DNA from: Dehalococcoidia bacterium
GTDB taxonomy: Bacteria > Chloroflexota > Dehalococcoidia > Plut-88900
NCBI GenBank assembly: GCA_965249275.1
Contig: CBDFLQ010000006.1
Coordinates: 640,434 to 704,433, forward strand
Direction of reading: 5' to 3'
Length of the DNA stretch: 64,000 bases
The notes below the pieces were generated by a model that saw only the letters and a program-made list of their open reading frames with translations, was not told the origin of the DNA and made no database searches. The translations under genes and the position numbers were made by a program. Positions 9,947 to 19,962 of the stretch are shown piece by piece (the stretch's first letter is position 1; the number at the start of each line of letters is the position of its first letter).

Positions 9947-10726
9947 TCAAGTCCCCGCCGACACATCCACTATCTGCCCAGTCATCCCGCTCGAGTCCTC
10001 GGAGGCGAAGAACACGGCGCACTGCGCCACCTCCTCGGGTGTGACCATACGGCGTAGCGACGCCCGGCTCTCCAGCCGGGCCCGCACCTCATCGTAAGTA
10101 CGCTCCGAGCTTCCGACGAAGGCGTTAATCACCCTCTCTATCCGGTCTCCCTCCGTGGCGCCGGGACAGATGCAGTTGACCCGTATATTGTCGGGCCCGA
10201 CCTCTTGGGCCAAAGTCAGAGTGAACCCGTGCATTCCCCACTTGGAGGTAACGTAAGAGCTCCGCTTGGGGGTCACCCTCTTACCCGCCATCGAAGAAAT
10301 GTTGATGATGTTCCCCGACTTCCGGGGCCGCATATCTTTCAAGGCCTCTCGGCTGCAGAGCATCGTACCCGTTATGTTAACTGCAAGAACCTGGTTCCAG
10401 TCTGCCAGGTCCATGTTGGAAACGTCCAGAAACTGCCCCGGAATCCCCGAGTTATTCACCAGCACGTCTATCCTCCCGAACTTGGCGATGGTCTTGTTCA
10501 CCATCGCAATGACCTGGTCCTCGTCGGCGATGTCCACGGTGATGGGCAAGCATTGTCGCCCCAAGCCCCTTATCTTTGCCGCCACCCGTTCCAGGTTGGC
10601 AGTGTTCCGGGAGGCTATCGCCACGTCGGCGCCCTCCCGAGCGAAGGCCAAGGCTATCGACTCCCCGATCCCCACACCTCCGCCCGTAACCAGGGCCTTT
10701 TTGTTTTCTAATCTTTGTCCTGCCAT
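9947..10726 (-). CDS. SDR-family oxidoreductase
   Basis: 259 aa. Has the TGGGVGIG Rossmann motif and a YxxxK catalytic region. Confidence 0.8.
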   Translation of the reverse strand: MAGQRLENKKALVTGGGVGIGESIALAFAREGADVAIASRNTANLERVAAKIRGLGRQCLPITVDIADEDQVIAMVNKTIAKFGRIDVLVNNSGIPGQFLDVSNMDLADWNQVLAVNITGTMLCSREALKDMRPRKSGNIINISSMAGKRVTPKRSSYVTSKWGMHGFTLTLAQEVGPDNIRVNCICPGATEGDRIERVINAFVGSSERTYDEVRARLESRASLRRMVTPEEVAQCAVFFASEDSSGMTGQIVDVSAGT

Positions 10727-10731
10727 AGTCC

Positions 10732-11907
10732 TTACCTGACCGTCTTGCTGCTTCGTAATATTGCGATTTCCTCGCCTGAGTAACCGACCTCGCCCAGCAC
10801 CTCTTCCGTATGCTGCCCCAGGCCCGGGGCAGCCTTCTCCGACACACCGGGAGTTTTCGAGAAGATCGCGGGAGCGCCCCGCAGGGTTATGGGTCCCAGG
10901 TCCGGAGAGTCGTAGTCCACACTTAGGCCATTCCTCTTCATTTGCGGGTCGTCGTAGAGGTCAGAGACCTGCTGCACTAGGGAGCATGGGACTCGTTCCT
11001 TCTCCAGCCTCGAAATCCACTCGTCCGATGGAGCGGAGGCGAAGGTCTGGGCCAAAGACTCGGATTGCGCCTCGTAGGCAGAAGCCCCGTTTTCCATAAC
11101 CCTTGCCTTGTCGCCAAGAGCCCTGCTCAGCCGCCCCCACTCCTCCCCCGACCTCACACCCAAAAAGATCCACCCATCGGAGGTCTTGTAGAGCCGATAA
11201 CCGGGGCTTTCCCCAACATAGTCCGCCTCCCGGGCCCCGTTCGCGCCGCTCCTAACTACCACGTACCTCCCCGACTGCGTTGCCATGCAGGCCCGCAGCA
11301 GCGAAGTTTCGACCTTCCGGCCTTTCCCAGTCCGCACTCGTGCCAACAGTCCCAGGGAAACTCCGTAAGCCCCCAGGCACGCTGCCCCGTAGTCGGAAAT
11401 CGCCAACACAAGGAAAACTGGCGGCCTGGACGTCCCTCCCTGGAAAGCCATAGCCCCACTCCGAGCCTGGAGCAAGGGGTCAAAGCCCGGTTTGCTCCTG
11501 TACGGCCCTTCCTGCCCATAGGCCGACACCGAACAGTACACGAGGCGGGGGTTTATCTTGCTGAGCGTCTCATAGTCCGCCCCTAACCTCCGTGCGACTC
11601 CCGGCCGGTAGTTCTCCACCACCACGTCCGCCTCTTCGACTAGCCGATAGAGCGCCCCCCGCCCCTCCTCTGTTTTGAGGTCGACACATATGCTCCTCTT
11701 GCCCCGATTCCAGTCCTGGAATGTCGGCCCGAGGCTGCGAAAAGGGTCGCCGGAGAGCGATTCAACCTTGATTACGCTGGCCCCGAAGTCAGCCAGGAGT
11801 CCGGGGCACAGCGCGCCCGCTATGTAGCTGGACAGGTCTACCACCTTGACGTTGGAAAACGGGGAGGTCAGCAAATCAACGCCCCCGATTTCACCAGCTT
11901 GGCACAC
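10732..11907 (-). CDS. Family III CoA-transferase (CaiB/BaiF)
   Basis: 391 aa with the N-terminal VKVVDLSSYIAGALCPGLLADFGASVIKVE signature. The annotated start is GTG; a TTG at 11874 is an alternative. Confidence 0.75.
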   Translation of the reverse strand: MCQAGEIGGVDLLTSPFSNVKVVDLSSYIAGALCPGLLADFGASVIKVESLSGDPFRSLGPTFQDWNRGKRSICVDLKTEEGRGALYRLVEEADVVVENYRPGVARRLGADYETLSKINPRLVYCSVSAYGQEGPYRSKPGFDPLLQARSGAMAFQGGTSRPPVFLVLAISDYGAACLGAYGVSLGLLARVRTGKGRKVETSLLRACMATQSGRYVVVRSGANGAREADYVGESPGYRLYKTSDGWIFLGVRSGEEWGRLSRALGDKARVMENGASAYEAQSESLAQTFASAPSDEWISRLEKERVPCSLVQQVSDLYDDPQMKRNGLSVDYDSPDLGPITLRGAPAIFSKTPGVSEKAAPGLGQHTEEVLGEVGYSGEEIAILRSSKTVR

Positions 11908-13040
11908 TCCGCCTCGTCATATCCCAGTCCCGACAGCACATCCATCCCGTGCTCCCCGAGCCCCGGCGCCGGAGCGGGCACAGAGCCGTTCAACCCGGAA
12001 ACCGTCACCGGCGGCCCAAGCTGGGTCATGACGCCGAGCATCGGGTCGTCAATCTGGACTAGGATGTTGTCGGAGAGGACCTGTGGATCGACCAGGAAGT
12101 CGTCACGAGAGTCGGCGGGGGCTGCAGGGACGTCGTGCTCATCGAAATACTGCACCCAGTATGCCTGCGGTTCCTTGCTGATCTTATCTCCAATGGTCTT
12201 CTTGACCGCCTCATGGTCTTCCGGCGTAAATGACCACGGTGCGTCCCGGAACCGAGGGTTGACCGTGAACTCTTCCATGTCCAGGGCAATGCAGAGCTTG
12301 CCCCAGAAAGTATCGTTGCCACAGGCGATGAAGATCCACTTGCCATCGCTGCACGGGTAGAGGCGGTAGGCGGGCTTCACACCAAGAGGGTCTCGCTCCG
12401 GCCCTTCAGGGTCCCCGAGGCCCGGGCCCCGGATGAAGCCACTGCCTTGCATAGTGACTGAGCCGTTGAGAAGAGGGACCTCCACCTTCTGCCCGATACC
12501 CTCGGTCTCCCGCACGTAAAGTGCCGAAGTTATTGCGTAGGCCGCAAGGAAGGCCGACCCACAGCTCGGGCCGGGCACGGTGCTGAATTCCGGCATGCCA
12601 GCAGGACCATTCTGGTTGCCCATAAGGGCTGAATAGGCAGCAACAACGCCGTCGTTGGCCGGTTTATCGGCGAGAGGACCCTCCTCGCCAAAGGGAGGAA
12701 TTGCGCAGTAGACGAGAAGCGGGTTCAGATAACTCAGCGATTCGTAGTCCACTCCGCGCTCACGAGCCTCGCGGGGCAGATAGTCTTCCACAACCACGTC
12801 CGCCGATTTAACAATTGCCTCGAATACGCCCCGGGCCCCTTCCACCGAGAAGTTGAGGCCCACGCTCCGCTTGCCACGGTTCCAGTGATGGAATGGCGCG
12901 TCGCCTCTCCAGTCAGGGGCGTCTGGAGTCTCCACCTTGATCACCGAGGCCCCCATATCTCCCAGCAGCATACAGGCGTAGGCCCCAGCCATGTCTCGGG
13001 AGAGGTCTACAACGGTGTAGCCGGAAAGGACGGATTCCAT
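11868..13040 (-). CDS. Family III CoA-transferase (CaiB/BaiF), tandem paralog
   Basis: Signature VVDLSRDMAGAYACMLLGDMGASVIKVE. The start was moved to the internal ATG at 13040 (MESVLSGYTVVDLS), which has GAGG upstream; the longer 13115 start adds a non-conserved extension. Confidence 0.75.
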   Translation of the reverse strand: MESVLSGYTVVDLSRDMAGAYACMLLGDMGASVIKVETPDAPDWRGDAPFHHWNRGKRSVGLNFSVEGARGVFEAIVKSADVVVEDYLPREARERGVDYESLSYLNPLLVYCAIPPFGEEGPLADKPANDGVVAAYSALMGNQNGPAGMPEFSTVPGPSCGSAFLAAYAITSALYVRETEGIGQKVEVPLLNGSVTMQGSGFIRGPGLGDPEGPERDPLGVKPAYRLYPCSDGKWIFIACGNDTFWGKLCIALDMEEFTVNPRFRDAPWSFTPEDHEAVKKTIGDKISKEPQAYWVQYFDEHDVPAAPADSRDDFLVDPQVLSDNILVQIDDPMLGVMTQLGPPVTVSGLNGSVPAPAPGLGEHGMDVLSGLGYDEAECAKLVKSGALIC

Positions 13041-13171
13041 ATTCAGGATGCCTCGGGGGGAGTGAGCAGAGCTAGTTGTTTCAATAGGAATTGCCGCACG
13101 AAAAACCGGAAGCATTGTGCCATTGCATTTCTCGGAGTGTCAACGCGAGACAGTAGAAGAGCCAGGGTGAG

Positions 13172-13177
13172 TATAAT
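13172..13177 (+). promoter_or_regulatory. TATAAT -10 hexamer about 20 nt upstream of the fpg start
   Basis: Sequence gagtataatgcc, followed by an AGGAGG ribosome-binding site (13185-13190) and a GTG start at 13198. Confidence 0.3.
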
Positions 13178-13197
13178 GCCCCCCAGGAGGACCCCCC

Positions 13198-14007
13198 GTG
13201 CCCGAGATTCCCGACCTCGACAACATCGTCGCATTCCTCAACGGCAAAATCCCCGGCGTGAGGATCGACTCAGTGGTGCCCCGCATCCCCATCGTCATCC
13301 GGTTCCCCACGTCCGATGACCTTGCCAAGAGGCTTGCAGGGCAGACCCTGTCCGGCGTCAGCCGTAGGGGCAAGTTCCTGCTTTTCAAGACGGAGTCGGG
13401 AGACACGCTGGCCGTAAACCCCATGCTCACAGGCCGCTTTCAGTACGTCGAGCCCGAAACGAAAACCCACGCCAAGACCTGTTTCACACTGAAGCTCGGC
13501 GATGGGATGGACCTCCGCTACCACGATATGCGGGTCATGGGAAAGGTCTACTGCGTCGGGCCGGGTGAGGAATCTATAATCCCCAATTTTGAGCGCATGG
13601 GCCCCGACGCCCTTGATCCCGACCTCACTCTCGAAGTCTTCAAAACCCGGCTCCGCCGTTTCACCGGCCAGATAAAGCGCATCCTGGTCACCGATACCTT
13701 CCTTGCCGGAATCGGCAACGCCTACTCTGATGAAATCCTCTTCGATGCGGGCATCTACCCCTTCCGGCGCAGGACCACCCTTAGTGACGAGGAAGTCGAG
13801 AACCTGTACAACAGTATGCACTCGGTGCTCGCAGAGGCCACGAGGGTTGTTGGCGAGAGTATGGACGGGCGGATTGATCTGAAGATTAGGGACTTCCTGA
13901 AGATTCACCGCAAGGGTGGTCAGGACTGCCCCAACTGCGGAGGCAGGATCGGCGAGGTTAAGGCCAATCAGCGGATGACCAACTTCTGCCGCACCTGCCA
14001 GAAGTAG
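13198..14007 (+). CDS. Fpg/Nei-family DNA glycosylase/AP lyase
   Basis: 269 aa with a GTG start. Pro2 and Glu3 follow the initiator (MPEIPD). The C-terminus carries the zinc-finger motif CPNCGGRIGEVKANQRMTNFCRTCQ. Confidence 0.8.
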   Translation: MPEIPDLDNIVAFLNGKIPGVRIDSVVPRIPIVIRFPTSDDLAKRLAGQTLSGVSRRGKFLLFKTESGDTLAVNPMLTGRFQYVEPETKTHAKTCFTLKLGDGMDLRYHDMRVMGKVYCVGPGEESIIPNFERMGPDALDPDLTLEVFKTRLRRFTGQIKRILVTDTFLAGIGNAYSDEILFDAGIYPFRRRTTLSDEEVENLYNSMHSVLAEATRVVGESMDGRIDLKIRDFLKIHRKGGQDCPNCGGRIGEVKANQRMTNFCRTCQK

Positions 14008-14020
14008 CCGCGGGATTGGG

Positions 14021-14971
14021 TCAGAGGCCCAGGGCCTGTTCTGCGTAGGCCCCCAGCATCCCCTCCTTCTCCTCGTTGGAGAGCAATGGCAGGGCCATGA
14101 CCTGCTCGATAGTACGGTCCAGGTCGTACCAGGGGAAGTCGGATCCCATTAGCACACGGGATGCGCCGATGTCCCGGATGAGTTGGGCGAACTCGTCTTC
14201 ACTTGGAGCGTTGGTGGCCCCGCCGACCCACTCGATGATCTCGCAGCAGTCGAAATAGGCATTGGGATAGGCCTCGGCAAGCTCCCGAGCCTGGCCCCAG
14301 GTCCCTCCCCCCATGTGGGCTATGACGACCTTGAGGTCGGGGAACGCTGCAAGCATGGATGCAAACGCTCGGGGCTCGGCATACCCCGCACCCAGTTTGT
14401 CCGGCCCCGAGTGGGCCACAATCGGCATCCCCATCTCCTGGCAGCCGCTGTAGGCGGGCCACATCCGCTCATCGCTCATGTTGAATCCCTGCGCGGGCCC
14501 GTGCAGCTTCACGCCCCGTGCCCCGTGCTCCTCGACCATCTCCCGCAGATGGGATGCACCCTCTTCCCCAGGCATTGCTATGGCGTCCAGTGCGATGTAA
14601 GGGAACAGGTTATCGTGGTCCCTGATCCGCTCGCACGCGCCGATGTTGAACTCCCTAAGATCGTCGGCATACCCTGCCTCAACCCCCCTGATCGCGGCTT
14701 CCCGCTCCGATGCCGACATCCTACCCGGCATCTTGGCGACGGCTCGTTCCATCACGCCCCTGGTCGAGAACAGGTTAACGACGACTGCCTTGTGGACACC
14801 CGCAGCCTCCATCGCCTCCAGGGTGTCGGCCAGATCACCGTCGTATTCGCTGAACTTGACCCCGGGCTTCTCGCCATATTCCCAGATGCCGTAGTCCCCT
14901 TTTTCAAAAGCGCCAATGGCCTTGGTTTCGTAAAGGTGAAGGTGAGCATCTATCTTGAGAACGTCTGCCAT
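14021..14971 (-). CDS. Amidohydrolase-2 family hydrolase
   Basis: Start placed at the ATG at 14971 (MADVLKIDAHLHLY), which has a GAGGAG ribosome-binding site. The metal-binding HxH sits at the N-terminus. The longer ORF start at 15040 is probably an artefact. Confidence 0.7.
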   Translation of the reverse strand: MADVLKIDAHLHLYETKAIGAFEKGDYGIWEYGEKPGVKFSEYDGDLADTLEAMEAAGVHKAVVVNLFSTRGVMERAVAKMPGRMSASEREAAIRGVEAGYADDLREFNIGACERIRDHDNLFPYIALDAIAMPGEEGASHLREMVEEHGARGVKLHGPAQGFNMSDERMWPAYSGCQEMGMPIVAHSGPDKLGAGYAEPRAFASMLAAFPDLKVVIAHMGGGTWGQARELAEAYPNAYFDCCEIIEWVGGATNAPSEDEFAQLIRDIGASRVLMGSDFPWYDLDRTIEQVMALPLLSNEEKEGMLGAYAEQALGL

Positions 14972-15036
14972 ATCTTGCGTCTCCTCTTCGAATGTTAGGC
15001 AACCTCTGAAGTAGCCATCGCACGCCCCTAACCATG

Positions 15037-15070
15037 TCATCCCGATGCCCCGCGATGAATCTAAGGCGCT
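15037..15070. repeat. Intergenic repeat, family B (tcatcccgatgccccgcgatgaatctaaggcgc). A second copy is at 22487-22520.
   Basis: Both copies share a near-identical approximately 30 nt string. Flanking sequence also shares related motifs (ttccgtcatcc, gagtcc.at, ccatcc) with copies near 20190 and 22560. Confidence 0.45.
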
Positions 15071-15251
15071 TGCCCTTAGCCTTGTCCCCTATCGCCTCCC
15101 ACAAAACACTCCTATTTCCGTCATCCCACCCCTGCGAGTCCCATCCACGGACTTGTTCAGACTGTTCTTAGCTATCCCTGTGAGTGAAGTCCGTTCCCCA
15201 CGGTGCAACGCACCCGCCTCCCCGACAAGCCGACCCTTGCCACCCCCTGGG

Positions 15252-15713
15252 CTACTCAGCTTTCCAAACCTGATGATGCATTTGATCATCTCGGAGTTTG
15301 GTGAATGCCACGCTTTCAATGGAAATCGCGAAGCAGTGGAACTCAGGCTCTTCAGGCCGGAACCCGATCGCCGCAAATACAGCATTACCGAACCGACGCC
15401 GCTCATCGAGATCAGTGATGTCCACTGCGTGCCCATATACCTTGAACTCTCCTTCACTGCCCTTGCGGTCGACAACCGTGCTGTGTACCACACAACGCGG
15501 GTCGCGCAGCAAGTCCAGTGCTTTGCGCGATTTCCACATCATGCCCAGATACAGGTTTCCATCGACGATGAACGGTTCCACGGGCGAAATGCGCGGCCAG
15601 CCATCCCGCCGGAGCGTCCCGACCAATGCCAGGCCCGTCCGAGCAAGCTGCGCCTCACCCAGCGCCGCCAGCTCCGGCTCCCGCTCGGCGAACTGCCCCC
15701 AAGTTACCGCCAT
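15252..15713 (-). CDS. Pyridoxamine 5'-phosphate oxidase-like (FMN/F420-binding split-barrel) family protein
   Basis: 153 aa. The pattern LATVGRDGWPRISPVEPFIVDGNLYLGMMWKSRKALDLLRDPRCVV is typical of the PNPOx-like fold. Confidence 0.6.
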   Translation of the reverse strand: MAVTWGQFAEREPELAALGEAQLARTGLALVGTLRRDGWPRISPVEPFIVDGNLYLGMMWKSRKALDLLRDPRCVVHSTVVDRKGSEGEFKVYGHAVDITDLDERRRFGNAVFAAIGFRPEEPEFHCFAISIESVAFTKLRDDQMHHQVWKAE

Positions 15714-15819
15714 TGACCTCTCATCTTCATTGCTTCTCTATAACGGAATACTACAGACGCACGTGCCCTGCAGCAAACACAACCCCGCCTCCACCTGCTC
15801 CCGAGACTCTGGATATGCT

Positions 15820-16647
15820 ATGGTGTCGCGGCAATCGAATCACACCGGCAATAACGATGAAGGGGGTCCTGCATTGGCATCATCCATAGACCTGAGCGGA
15901 CAGATTGCGATAGTAACCGGCGGTTCGAGGGGCATTGGAGGAGCAATAGCCTTAGGGCTCGCACGGTCTGGGGCCGACGTAACCATCGCCGACCTCCCCC
16001 AACGTCGAGAGGACAGCTCCAAGACCCTCGCCCGCATCGAAGAGGCAGGCGGCGGCGGCCAGGCCCTTGACGTGGATGTCACCGACCCCGACCAAATCCG
16101 AAATGCAGTCTCCCAGACCGTTGCTGAAAAAGGCCGCCTGGACATTATGGTCAACAACGCCGGGATCACAATTCGCGGCTCTGCCCTGGACCTCACCCCC
16201 GAGCAGTGGGACCGCCTCCACAATGTCAACCTCAGGGGAGTGTTCTTCGGTTGCCAGGCCGCCGCCCGAGAGATGATGAAGACGGGAGGGGGCAGGATCG
16301 TCAACACCGCCTCGGAGCTCGCCTTTGTCGTTCCCAGGAGCCATATCTCGGCCACTTACATTGCGAGCAAGCACGGGGTGGTCGGCCTGACCAAGTCCCT
16401 GGCCGTGGAATGGGCACAGCAAGGGATCCGCGTCAACGCCATCTCCCCAGGCCCGACCAACACTGACATGATGGCCTCAACAGTCAACGACCCCGAACGC
16501 CTCGCCGTTACGGTAGCCGAGATTCCCATCGGCAGAATGGTCGAACCCCAGGACCTCGTCGGCGCTGTCCTATTCTTGGCCAGCGACCTTTCAGCCATGG
16601 TCACAGGTCATGTCATCCTCGTGGACGGAGGCCGAATACTGGTCTAA
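15820..16647 (+). CDS. SDR-family oxidoreductase
   Basis: Only the last 276 codons of ORF 15298..16647 look coding (IAIVTGGSRGIGGAIALGLA, NNAGI, YIASKHGVVGL). The N-terminal extension would overlap the PNPOx gene on the opposite strand. The ATG at 15820 was chosen as start. Confidence 0.75.
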   Translation: MVSRQSNHTGNNDEGGPALASSIDLSGQIAIVTGGSRGIGGAIALGLARSGADVTIADLPQRREDSSKTLARIEEAGGGGQALDVDVTDPDQIRNAVSQTVAEKGRLDIMVNNAGITIRGSALDLTPEQWDRLHNVNLRGVFFGCQAAAREMMKTGGGRIVNTASELAFVVPRSHISATYIASKHGVVGLTKSLAVEWAQQGIRVNAISPGPTNTDMMASTVNDPERLAVTVAEIPIGRMVEPQDLVGAVLFLASDLSAMVTGHVILVDGGRILV

Positions 16648-16649
16648 TG

Positions 16650-16745
16650 CCGCGGGGCATTCCGCTCGCCCTGTCGTAGATCCGCCGAGGCGGGAGCGGA
16701 GTCGAAGGGTCTCAAGAACGGAATTGGGGTAGGGAGGCGTCCCGT
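16650..16745. repeat. Intergenic repeat, family A copy (…ccgctcgccctgtcg…gccgaggcgg…gtcgaagggtctcaagaacggaattgggg)
   Basis: The core gtcgaagggtc at 16701 recurs at 20263, 20357 and 22413. Flanking strings are shared with the 20295-20400 copy. Confidence 0.5.
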
Positions 16746-16969
16746 CCCCTCTCCATTGACGAAACCTTTGCATAACCTATGTTGGAGGGGTCGGGGCCGC
16801 TCGTGCTGAGGCTCTCGAAGTATGAGCGGAGGTGGAAGTCGTGTCATCAGGATAGAACAACACGTGCAAGCCGCCGTTACTCAAAGGTCGCTTGACGGAA
16901 GAGGGCTGGGTCGAAGATTCGCTGAGGAGACTGAGGGTGATCCGGCTTCGGCGCACATTTAAGCAAAGA

Positions 16970-18505
16970 TCACTCAGCTACTATCGGCTGAGCCACAATC
17001 CACAGGCTGACCACCGTGTAGCCGACCATCAACACCACCATCGGGTACTGGCTTCTTATCGCCGCCCGTGAGCCCATCTTCCTCATCGATATTACGTGGG
17101 CCACGTACACCGCAATCACGTGTCCGATGACTATCGCCCCTACCCCCACAAACCACACCAGCCGAGCGCTGACTACGGATATCTGCACCTGCCAGTCCGC
17201 TGTGCCGAACAGGTCCCAGCCCCACCCGAATGGGTCCGAAATCTCCTTGACGATTAGCTGTCCCTGGATAGCGAGAAACGAGAAGAAGTGGGCCACGTTA
17301 TAGGCCAGCGCTATGGGTATAAGCGATGGTATGTACGCCCGAGCCGTCTCGCCCGTCGATCCCCCCTCCCCCGACGCCAGGTTGGAAATTCGGCAGGTCA
17401 ACAGGTAGGCGCCCATGAAAACAAGGGGCGCTGCGACCAGGACAAGAGTGGTGTTCAAGTCATTGCGGTAGAACTGGACGCCGGTCAGGAAGTACTCCTT
17501 GACGCTTTGCCAGGCCTCGGTCTCCTTAAACCCGTCCAGGGTCACGGTGGACAGCGCCAGGACTATGAATAATACCTCTGAGGTTCGAACGGCCAGGGGG
17601 TATGCGAGCCCGGCGCCCGGGGGCCGAAGGTTCAACTCCCGAGCCCCTTTTGCCCTCTCGAAACAGTCGTAGCAGTTAACGCATTCCTCGCCCGACTCTT
17701 CACAGGTAAGCCCGCACTGGGCGCACCCCTGGGGGTCCGTGGCACATACCTCGGTCACGGCAAACTTGGAGAGGAAGCGGTAGAGAACGGCAAAGGCCTC
17801 GCCGTACTGAAGCCAGGTGTGCTTGCCGAACAGGAACATCCCGCCGAGAGTAACGACGGTGTAGAAGACAATCATTATCCCGATATGGGTCGGGGCGCCG
17901 GCGTGAACGTACACGTTTTCGATCCATGCAAAGCCGAAGAATAGGACGATTGCCGGCGTGACCCCGAGCTCTTCCGGATACCGGAACCCGAGCCCCAACC
18001 TCCGGCCACCCGTGAGCCTCGCGTAGAGGGTCGCTGCCCACTCAAATACGACCTGCCAGGGATTGAGCAGCGCCCACAGGTTCCCTACAAGCGAGAACAC
18101 GTAGCCCAACCCCACCCACCACCCCACCCAGATGAACGCCACCGAGAAATTCAGTATCGAGGCAGGGTTCCCCCAGAAGGCCGTCGCTATCAACAGTCCC
18201 AGCGTCGCGACGGAAATCAACCGCAGGAGGGTCAACGTCAGTACGTTCTCCAGCACGGCCCGGAAGCCCAGCAGTCGATAGAGGTTGAAACGGGCCACGC
18301 CCCGCGCGCCTGGCCTGCCCCGAAGGAACATCCCTACGACAACGAATGAGACCAGCACCGTGGCCCCGGCCCCGTACAGGTAGAGCCACAGGGGCACCGG
18401 AAGATCGTACCGCTCCCCAAACCCGTGGGCGTAGGCAAGGCCAGGCTGAAACAATACGAGGGCCGCGAAGAACAACCCGCCTAGCAACAGGACTCGCGCC
18501 ATCAA
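16970..18505 (-). CDS. Polytopic membrane protein (about 12 TM helices). It has a cleavable signal peptide, mature N-terminus HGFGERYDLP, and a 7-Cys loop (CATDPQGCAQCGLTCEESGEECVNCYDC).
   Basis: 511 aa. The signal peptide ends …GLAYA then HGF. There are many hydrophobic spans and a Cys-rich hydrophilic loop around residues 263-291. Last gene of a three-gene minus-strand operon. Confidence 0.6.
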   Translation of the reverse strand: MMARVLLLGGLFFAALVLFQPGLAYAHGFGERYDLPVPLWLYLYGAGATVLVSFVVVGMFLRGRPGARGVARFNLYRLLGFRAVLENVLTLTLLRLISVATLGLLIATAFWGNPASILNFSVAFIWVGWWVGLGYVFSLVGNLWALLNPWQVVFEWAATLYARLTGGRRLGLGFRYPEELGVTPAIVLFFGFAWIENVYVHAGAPTHIGIMIVFYTVVTLGGMFLFGKHTWLQYGEAFAVLYRFLSKFAVTEVCATDPQGCAQCGLTCEESGEECVNCYDCFERAKGARELNLRPPGAGLAYPLAVRTSEVLFIVLALSTVTLDGFKETEAWQSVKEYFLTGVQFYRNDLNTTLVLVAAPLVFMGAYLLTCRISNLASGEGGSTGETARAYIPSLIPIALAYNVAHFFSFLAIQGQLIVKEISDPFGWGWDLFGTADWQVQISVVSARLVWFVGVGAIVIGHVIAVYVAHVISMRKMGSRAAIRSQYPMVVLMVGYTVVSLWIVAQPIVAE

Positions 18506-18547
18506 GTTGCGCCCTCTACGTCATTGGCAGAGATAAGGACCTCAACT

Positions 18548-19324
18548 CTACCTCGGCAGGACTTCCAGGAATCCAATTACGGTCTCTTCAGGAGCGGCCA
18601 CAGTACCCTCGCCACCGCTATCGTCCATGCTGTCGTCATCCGACTCCCCACTCAAGGTCACCGTGGTCATGGCAACAGTGCTGTAGTAGCAATGCTCAGT
18701 GTCCGACAGTCTGACCATAATGTCGTGCTCACCCGCAGACTCCACCGATACCTTTGCCCCAGGTACCAGGTACATTCCTCGAAACTCTCCATCAACGTAG
18801 AGATGCCAGTGACCCTCGGCTACTTCCCTTTCGGTATCGGTCAAGGTCAACTCGAAGTTCTCCAAGACAACCCCGACTTCGATTTCGCCCACATCGCTCC
18901 CCGGCTCCGCTTTCACCTGTACGGTCGGGGGTTCGGCGCCCTCGGGCAGGGGGACAACGTCGGCACAACCCGAGAGATCAGTTGCGTCATGCGAATGCCC
19001 GCCGGCCGAGCCGGGATGCATCGCCATCGCAAACCGACCCTCCAGGTTGGCGACAAACTCCATCCTGGTGACCCCTTCCTGGCCTAGTTCGTCCTCGAGG
19101 TCATACCCGTGAAGATGAAGTGTCCCGGCTTCATCTGAGGTGATAAAGAGGACAACGGTGTCGCCATTCTTGACCCTGAACACCGTCGCCTCCTGTTCCA
19201 GTACCCTGTCCCTGATATCGAGGTTGAACTCCACCGTCTCGGGCGCCGACCCCGAGCAGGCTGCTATTAACAGCAACCCTACGGCGGCTAGCCCCACGAC
19301 CAGAAAGCTCACGCTTCTAAACAT
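18548..19324 (-). CDS. Lipoprotein with a cupredoxin-like N-domain (HLHGYD…AMAMH) and a second His-containing beta domain (GHWHLYVDGE); putative metal-binding.
   Basis: 258 aa. It has a lipobox (LLIAAC), a His/Met-rich spacer (MHPGSAGGHSHDA) and an acidic C-terminal tail. Its ATG overlaps the upstream gene's stop. Confidence 0.6.
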   Translation of the reverse strand: MFRSVSFLVVGLAAVGLLLIAACSGSAPETVEFNLDIRDRVLEQEATVFRVKNGDTVVLFITSDEAGTLHLHGYDLEDELGQEGVTRMEFVANLEGRFAMAMHPGSAGGHSHDATDLSGCADVVPLPEGAEPPTVQVKAEPGSDVGEIEVGVVLENFELTLTDTEREVAEGHWHLYVDGEFRGMYLVPGAKVSVESAGEHDIMVRLSDTEHCYYSTVAMTTVTLSGESDDDSMDDSGGEGTVAAPEETVIGFLEVLPR

Positions 19325-19950
19325 CAGTTCTTATCCTGCTCCAGAGTGTCAGTGTCAATAACGTCTGACCCGCCGTTTTGTTGCGCTTTCTTCCTGCGCC
19401 GGTCCCAGCGTCTCCACGCTTCCAGCATGGCCAACAGCAATGGAAAAGCCAGTACTACTATGAGTATTGCAAAAATCTTGCTGGCTGGGCCCCGGACCTC
19501 GAGAGGAAAACTCGCCTCGGCGGTACCGAGGGGCCCGTCGATGGAAAGTCCCAAGATCCAAAGGCCTTCCGCGTCCATGTCGACGTTTACGTCGTACAGA
19601 TCGGGGTTTACGGTAGACCTGTTGATGCTGAAGGAGTTTGGCTCCAGTCCCGATTCTTCAGGTGGAGTAACAGAGAGCGCAAGCGCCGCTCCGGTGATGA
19701 TTTCTCGAGTAGCTGGGTCAGAGATGCTGAAGGTGAAGTGGACCAGGCCCGCTGTGGGGTTGCCGGGGGTGGAGGTCACAACGACCTGATACCCCTCGAC
19801 CTGCTCTTCGAAGATGGTACTGGCATCGACACCCCCATTCGCCAAGGCCCGAGGAGCGACAACCACCATCAGCGCGCCGAAGATGACCAGGATGCCGATG
19901 AATAGGGGCGCAGCTCTAGGACTCACACGAAGATGGGAAGGGAAGAACAA
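19324..19950 (-). CDS. Secreted beta-sandwich protein with a C-terminal TM anchor and basic tail (architecture resembles YcnI/FixH/YtkA)
   Basis: 208 aa. It has an N-terminal signal peptide, a soluble domain of about 130 aa, and a C-terminal hydrophobic helix (IFAILIVVLAFPLLLAML) followed by RRWDRRRKK. First gene of the operon. Confidence 0.55.
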   Translation of the reverse strand: MFFPSHLRVSPRAAPLFIGILVIFGALMVVVAPRALANGGVDASTIFEEQVEGYQVVVTSTPGNPTAGLVHFTFSISDPATREIITGAALALSVTPPEESGLEPNSFSINRSTVNPDLYDVNVDMDAEGLWILGLSIDGPLGTAEASFPLEVRGPASKIFAILIVVLAFPLLLAMLEAWRRWDRRRKKAQQNGGSDVIDTDTLEQDKN

Positions 19951-19962
19951 ACCAGGTACCGG

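Noticed and set aside
15298-15819. N-terminal 174-codon extension of the SDR ORF
   Set aside because: The extension overlaps the PNPOx-like gene on the opposite strand. It is Ser/Arg/Pro-rich and precedes the Rossmann motif by far more than in any SDR, so an internal ATG at 15820 was chosen.
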